A program made the translations under genes and the position numbers. Positions 56,811 through 64,000 of a stretch of 64,000 nt of DNA are shown piece after piece (positions within the stretch are counted from its first letter, which is position 1; the number at the start of each line of letters is the position of its first letter). Origin of the DNA: Eledone cirrhosa (lineage: Eukaryota); NCBI GenBank assembly GCA_964016885.1, contig OZ024747.1, positions 67,518,001 to 67,582,000 on the forward strand, written 5' to 3'. The notes beneath the pieces were generated by a model. It saw nothing but the letters and a program-made list of their open reading frames with translations, ran no database searches and was not told the origin of the DNA.

Positions 56811-57403
56811 AAGAATGAAGAATTACACAACAGACAATGAAATTTCCTTTTTTTTTAATAACTTTAACTCCAAGAAGGTGGCCAGTCAAACATAAACTCA
56901 AAATTAAGAGAATGAGACAACATACTTATATACATATACAATTTATATATGTATGTCTAAATACATATAAACTATTAGCTTGGTATGTATGGTGCCAGTG
57001 ATAAGGCAGAGCCTGTTGCTATGTTTCTATGCTTTATAATCCCCTGGGACTGATAAAATAAAGTTTCTTTGATAAAATGAAGTCCTTTAACTAGTCCCTA
57101 TTTTGCATAAATATTGCTTTGTTAAAATCTGTTTCTCACTGGTAGTTTAGAAATGCTATTAACCCCAAAAATGCCTGTGGTTTTTTTTGTGTGTGTTAGC
57201 TTGACACAAACACATCGTCATCGTCACCACTTAAGATCCATTCTTCCATGCTGACATGGGTTGGACTGCTGGCAAATACACATACAGACAAATGTATGTA
57301 TATACACATATATATATATATATATATATAGTATGTGTTTGTGTGTATATGTATGTGTATGTATATATATATATATATATATTTGTATGTGTGTGTGTAT
57401 ATG

Positions 57404-57476
<73 letters not shown>

Positions 57477-57479
57477 AGG

Positions 57480-57892
57480 ACAGGTAAAATTCTCGAGATC
57501 CATGGACGAGTTCTCACCAGCGGTCTCTGTCCCTCATTATTGCTGCCATGTCCTGCGTCTCCAAGAGACTAGTGTCTGTCCTTAGGGCATCAACATATGT
57601 TAACCTCGGTCTTCCTTTTCCAGTGTGTCCATGAAGATTTTACAGGCTTATGGAATCCCCAAGAAGATAGTGGACCTGATATCACTGCTCTACACCAACA
57701 CCAAAGCCAAAGTCATTACAGCCGATGGCATGACAGAGTTTTTTGATATGCTGGCTGGAGTGCTTATCATTGCAGTGGACTATTGTATGTGCCTTGCACT
57801 GGAGAAACACCAGGACTCTGGCTTTACTGTAACACCAGCTCAGAGCAGGAGAGTTAAGACAAAAAAGATATTGGATGCTGAATTTGTCGACG
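57480..57892. mobile_element. RTE-X-like LINE fragment with 5' inversion
   Basis: C-terminus GRPRLTYVDAL...DRDRW on minus (to ~57624) abuts RT segment YGIPKKIV...AGV...EFVDD on plus (57625-57892). Confidence 0.6.
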
Positions 57893-58599
57893 ACACATAT
57901 ATATATATATTTTACATATATTTTACATATATTTTACATATATTTTACATATATATATATATATTTATATATAAATGAATATATATATATATATGTATAT
58001 ATGTATATATATATATATATATGTATGTCTATATACATATGTATGTATATATGGTTAAGCACATGGTTCTGTAAGGTGGTCATGGGGGTAACACAATGAA
58101 TGTACACCCAGTCCACTCTGTTAAATGGCTGGATTTATAAAAGGCAAGCTTGAAAGATAAGGACTAAACAAAATAGAAAGAAACAAAATAGAAAGACACA
58201 TCATTCGGTCAAACATGCACACCCATCCTCCCATTCATAACCTTATCACAAACTTCAAAGGGCCAGAAGTCAACGAAAAGGAATAAAGAGAAAAAAACAA
58301 AAAAAACTTTGGTCACCTATTCAGGGATCAGCTATGCATACACTTTCACCCTCAACCCCATTGCAAATCCAAGAGATCACCAACCAGACTGCCATATGTG
58401 TGTATGTGTGTGTTTATGTGCATGTGTGAGAGTGAGTGAGTATGTGTGTGTGTGAATGTCTGTGTATGTGAGTATGTGTGTGTGAATGAGTGAGTGGGTG
58501 TATGTGTGTGTGAGTATGTGTGTGTGTGTGTGTGAGTATGTGTGTGAGTATGTGTGCATGTGTGTGTGTGTCCATGTCTGTGTTTATGTTCCATTATTT

Positions 58600-58975
58600 A
58601 GGGCGGTGAATTGGCAGTATCGGTAGAGGGTCGGATATGCTTTCTAGCATAGTTACGTCCCTTTACGATCTGAGTTCAATTCCCGCCGAGGTTAACTTTG
58701 CCTTTCATCCTTACGGGGTTGATAAAATAAAGTACCAGTAATGTACTGGGATAATTGCTGGCCTTGTGCCAAAAAGTAGAAACAATTATTTACTGGTGGA
58801 TTGGCAGTATCGGTAGAGGGTCGGACACCATGCTTTGACGCATAGAGTTATGGCCCTTGCCATTCTGAGTTCAAATCCCACCGAGGTTAACTTTGCCTTT
58901 CATCCTTATGGGGTCGATAAAATAAAGTACCAGTAATGCATTGGGTAATTGCTGGCCTTGTGCCAAACAATTATT
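58600..58975 (+). mobile_element. Head-to-tail dimer of SINE family 1
   Basis: Two successive TGGCAGTATCGG...GTTCAA(A/T)TCC...GCCTTTCATCC...AACAATTATT units. Confidence 0.88.
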
Positions 58976-59056
58976 TAGTGGTTCAACAAAAATGATTGAT
59001 AACATATGTACTAGAATTTAAAAATAAGTACTGGGAATTGATGTGATTGATTTTAA

Positions 59057-59277
59057 CCCTTCAGCATTTAAAACAGCCATATCTGGCCAGAATTATCTCA
59101 CATCTTTCTGTTCAAACCAGCCATAACTGGCTTCTCATAGTGATGTTATGGTATTGTTCTCAAAATAAATGATATTAAAATCTCATAGATTCAATATTAT
59201 GTGAGATAATTATGTGAGATAAAGCCTTTACCGTGAAAATACAATAGTAAATATAGAGTAATGTAAATGCTAAAGGG
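59057..59277. mobile_element. piggyBac-like MITE
   Basis: TTAA-CCCTTCAGCATTTA ... TAAATGCTAAAGGG-TTAA. Confidence 0.8.
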
Positions 59278-62036
59278 TTAAGTTGATGCCCCAGTATGGC
59301 TGCAGTCTAAAGAATAAAATAATATATATATATATATGTGTGTGTGTGTTTGGATATTCAGCAAACCTCTTACTCTGAAATTTGGTGGTCACAGTGACCC
59401 TCAGTATTGGCCCAATAATATACAGTACCCAATTACCTGAAATCTAGAAAGCATCTGACATCAAACACAAGTTGGATGTCATGTTATCATGTTATGTGCT
59501 TGTATAGACAAATTTCCAGAAAGATCTGTTGACCTTTCGACAAGTCAATGGCTTTTTTATATCAGAGTGGTTGCATTTTTTTTTCTCTCATCTAATGAAA
59601 ATAATATTTAATGAGAGAAATTAACAGTATTTGTTGACAAATGGTGAATGATTTTGATTCTGGCAGTCTTAAGGATGATGACGATGATGATGATGATGAT
59701 GATAGTGATGTCAGTAGTGTATGTATGATGGTAGTGATAGTGATAATGATGATGATGATTATTATGAGTATTTTAATGATGAATATGGTGATATTGGTGG
59801 TGGTTGTAATGTTAGTAAAGGTTAGAAAAAAGAGGAAAGAAGGCAGAGGAGGAGTTTTTGTTTACATTAAGTACAGTTAGACTCTGGTTCAATTGCCCAA
59901 CAGGCTGAAGATTGCAAGCTGTCAAATTACCATCTGCTTTCTAATAAGTTTATGATTGAATTCATAGCAAGAGAAACATCTGGTGTCCTGGCTCCCTGAA
60001 CTACTTCATTACTTATTGAGATTAGGAGGGATATGGACATCTGTAAGAACAAACTCTATGATTTAGACTACCTTTTTTTGGTGCAAGTCCTTCACTACTC
60101 GCTAGAGTGACTTTGCCATTCGGTCTGCTGAAGTACTTCACTGCTTACTACAATTGGGAAGAAGATGGCCATCTACAAGAATGAGCTTTGATTTGAACTG
60201 GCTCTTTCAGAATATCTCCCTCATTACCCTAAAAGGGTAATGGAATAGATATGCTAAAGGGTAATGAATTTGCCATTTTGTCCAGATCATAAAGCAAAAT
60301 CAATAGTTGAATTGAGTTGATTTCTAAGCTAATTTCGTTTTTGTTTTGTTTCGTTATGGTGTTAAGTTCTTAGTGAATTAAGCTCATTCTATTCTTTTCT
60401 TAATTGTTTTGCTGCTATTTGCATTAGTTTCTATTTATTCTGATCTTTCTGCCAGGAGTCGTGACCAGTAGATGGTATCAGTAATGAAAAAACCAATGGA
60501 AACATTGTTTCCTTGGTCTGATCTGACAATTGGCATCTTTCCTTTTTACAAGTTATTCCTTATGGCTGCTAAATATATACATTTTTTATGATTCAAAGGA
60601 TGAATGCTTACACAAGAGATGAGAAGGTGGCTGGTACAAAATAAATTCAAAATTAAGAGAGAGAACATACATATATTTGTTTGAGTTTTTCAAATACAAA
60701 TCCATCTTAAGAGTGTTGCGTAAACTCTACATAATTAGTGATTTAGTCTGATATTGTGTGTTGGGGTTTTTGTAGTTCTATTCTAAAGGTGTTATTAAAC
60801 AATATAGATATTATATTCTGTTATATATTACTTCCGAGTGTGTTAATGGTTCACATGAATTAGGTGCTGGCCTATCAGCTAAAGGTTAACCATAAATGGA
60901 CTATCGTCAAAGATATTCCAGCTGTAACCATCCCATATTTTTCCAACAAAAAGGATACCCAAGACCACATTAGCCAATGTGTTATTTTCTAAGGTGGTAA
61001 AGTTTAATCAAAGAAAATTCTAACTGCTATTTCTAGTGACAATGATAAAACAGACCTATGATCTTGTAGCCATAGCTATATGGTCATTTCAATTATCAGG
61101 GATGAACTGGGACTAAAACATCAATGACAATAACAACAACGTCAACCTCTAGTTGTGAACTACTCCTCCAACAAAAGGTTGTTGGTGAGTTACAAAAAGT
61201 AGGATTGAAGATGACAATGGACAAAACATTTAATACTTGGTGGTCTGATGAACACATAAATAGATGAATATTGGCAGTGGGAGCACAGAAAAATTGATAA
61301 GTATTCTGTTAGCTTGCAATATGGAATTTAACATTCAATTATGTCTATAATTTTGTGAGGAAAGAGTCAGAACCTGGGTAATTAGCTCTCAGGGCTCAGT
61401 CTACATTGTGTGCCCTCTTTTCTCTGGTTATGCACCCTATTCTCCCAATTATAATAATTTCAATTTATTGTTTGGTAAGCTGATAAACCTAGTTTTGATA
61501 CTTCTTGCTCTAACCACACTAAGAAAATTATAATGCTTGCATTGTAAATACTCACCCATGTCAAATCATGTGACAGGTCATAATATCATACACTCCTCTC
61601 TACCGCTATAAGGCAAAGATGTTTAGTAGTTTATTTATTAATAACAGGAAATTATTATGTACTTAATTATGGAAATTTATGTAAAACTGCAATCCTTTAA
61701 AGATTGGTAATGCACCTTTCTGAGACCTGCACCGTAGATGGCCTAATTGTATCACCAGCCATGAGTGATCAATGGACACTGTTACTCTGTTTTGCTTTAA
61801 AAAGAACTCCCGAAGCTGGCGACTTTGGCAATTTTCCATCAACACTCAGCACCGTAATGTTGATCAGTTAATGAGTTTTGTTAATATATATACATCTTCT
61901 GGAAGATTGTCTATGAACATTACAAAACATTTAGCAAATGTATGAATGTAATAGCAGGACAGTGAAAATGATATTGTTGATGTGTATAAATATATATATA
62001 TATGTGTGTGTATATATATATATATATGTATATATA

Positions 62037-62079
<43 letters not shown>

Positions 62080-62213
62080 GTGTGTGTGTATATATATATA
62101 TATATATTTATGTGTGTGTATATATATATATTTAATATAAAGAATGTAGTGTTTATGCTCTATAAAATAGCTTATAAAATAAGACGAAGACCTTTAAAGA
62201 CGGAAAAAATGCA

Positions 62214-64000
62214 TATAGTGGCCAGGAGGGAAGCTAGGAGACAAGTGTACTTCGCAAGAAGGGAAGCAGAGGAAAGAAATTTCAAGCATGTTCTACAACA
62301 CGAGGCCCAAATCGTGAGGTGTTCAGGATTGCTAGGCAATGTGTCAAGGAAAACCGTGATATTGTCGGGGAGAAATGTGTCCTTAATGATGATGGTGTAC
62401 TTGCCATCACTGACGCTGATAAGAAGGTAGCATGGAAGTGTCAGTACGAAAGGCTACTAAATGAGGAGAATAAATAGGAGAAAGACAGTCTGCCCCACAT
62501 CGATCCAATAGAGGGACCAGCAGTGTTAGTCGAAGGTAGTATAATAAGTAAGGCAATCAAAGATATGAAGACGGGTAAGGCGGCTGGGCCTTTGGAAATA
62601 GTTGCTGAAATGCTGGGACACACCATGGTCACCCGGATAGTAAACCAAGTCATACAGAATGGGGTTGTTCCGAAGGACTGGCATAGCAGCAGCATCATTA
62701 ACTGCTACAAGGGTAAAGGAGATGTCCTAGATAGGAGTAACTATAGAGGCATTAAATTAATCGACCAGGTCATGAAGGTCACAGAAAAAGTAATAGCGCA
62801 ACTAATCAGAGAGAGAATTGATCTAGATGAAATGCAGTTCAGGTTTGTGTCAGGTAAAAGTACCACAGACGCTCTTTTCATTGTACGACAACTACAGGAG
62901 AAGTACCTAGCTAAAAGTAAACCCCTATACTTAGCTTTTGTCGACTTGGAGAAAGCCTTCGACAGAGTCCCCCGTTCCATTATCTGGTGGGCTCTTAGAA
63001 AACTAGGTGTTGATGAATGGCTTGTGAGAGCTATACAAGCCATGAATAAAGAAATAGTCAGCAAGGTTAGAATTAACAACGAATATAGTGAAGAGTTTAG
63101 CGTAAAAGTTGGTGTTCATCAGGGCTCTGTTCTTAGCGCCTACTATTTATTATTGCTCTTCAGGCTATAACAGTGGAGTTCAAGACTGGCTGCCCATGGG
63201 AACTCTCCTATACGCAGATGATCTAACGCTCATAGCTGAATCAATGGCCGAACTAGAGAAGAAATTCCAAACATGGAAGCATGGCCTAGAATCAAAAGGC
63301 CTTAAAATTAACCTGTCTAAGACTAAAGTTCTAGTTTGTAGGAAGGAAAATAGGGCGCCGGTCCCATCCGGGAAATGGCCATGCTCAGTGTGTAGGAATG
63401 GAGTAGGTAGAAACTCCATTTTATGTCCCAAATGCAAAGTATGGGAGTATGAAAGATGTAGTGGGATCACAGGTAAGCTAACTAAGAACATAGATTTTAT
63501 ATGTGGCCGGTGCTCTGGTGCAATAAGTAGCAGCAAGTGCCCACAAAATACTAGCTCACTCCATTGCACAGATGGTTCTATAGAAATAGTGGACAGCTTC
63601 CGTTACCTGGGTGACAAAATCAGCAGTGGGGTGGTGGTGGTGGTGGTGGTGGTGGTGGGGTGCTCTGAAAGTACAGTAGCTAGAGTCAGAACTGGATGGA
63701 AAAAGTTCAGAGAGCTTATACCACTATTAGCCGCTAAAGGGTTCTCCCTAAAAATGAAAGGCAGGCTGTATGATGCCTGCATACGAACAGCAATGTTGCA
63801 TGACAGTGAGACCTGGGCATTGTGTGCAGAGGATATACGCAGACTAGAGAGGAACGAAGCTTGCATGCTCCGCATGAAAGACGACAGCTGTATAAAAAAG
63901 TGCAGGGCAATAAAAATAGACGGTAGCCACGGAGTAGGCAGACCCAGAATAACCTGGGACAACTTGATAAATTCCGACCTCACACACTTACACCTCTCCA
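62214..64000 (+). mobile_element. RTE LINE copy, 5'-truncated and frameshifted, runs off the window
   Basis: ORF 62523 RT motifs; very similar to 23240-25120; (GGT)n expansion and internal deletion near 63870. Confidence 0.92.

Noticed and set aside
58600-58700. tRNA genes suggested by A/B boxes
   Set aside because: No full cloverleaf; these are SINE heads followed by a shared core and tail.
60222-60266. Short hairpin CATTACCCT-AAA-AGGGTAATG with a partial repeat
   Set aside because: 9-bp arms are too short to be distinguished from chance or a small repair scar.
61551-61620. Possible collagen exon 1 (GTGAG donor on minus strand)
   Set aside because: Upstream ATGs run into stops and no hydrophobic signal peptide is encoded.

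Overview
AT-rich, microsatellite-dense eukaryotic DNA; the SINE/LINE repertoire and (TA)n/(CA)n/(GAT)n load suggest a cephalopod such as Octopus (inference). One protein-coding gene is supported: a fibrillar collagen of the type V/XI (clade B-like) group on the minus strand. I read 27 GT-AG exons between 335 and 38648 (about 2081 coding nt). They encode the TSPN N-propeptide, a short acidic variable region, the minor helix, the N-telopeptide and the first part of the Gly-X-Y major helix (45/54/99/108-bp exons). The signal-peptide exon was not found and the gene continues past the left edge. Introns hold an ORF-intact RTE LINE (1043 aa) and several decayed copies, R4/Dong-, Tx1-, CRE- and RTE-X-like fragments, two tRNA-derived SINE families and MITEs. 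The most striking unexplained structure is a set of small non-coding elements sitting in (TA)n tracts that carry type-I hammerhead ribozyme motifs. The best is a 466-nt circularly permuted monomer folded back into a 480-bp-arm palindrome at 53817-54850, which looks like a Penelope-like/retrozyme system. Comparisons with vertebrate collagens and repeat families are from memory, not from database searches.
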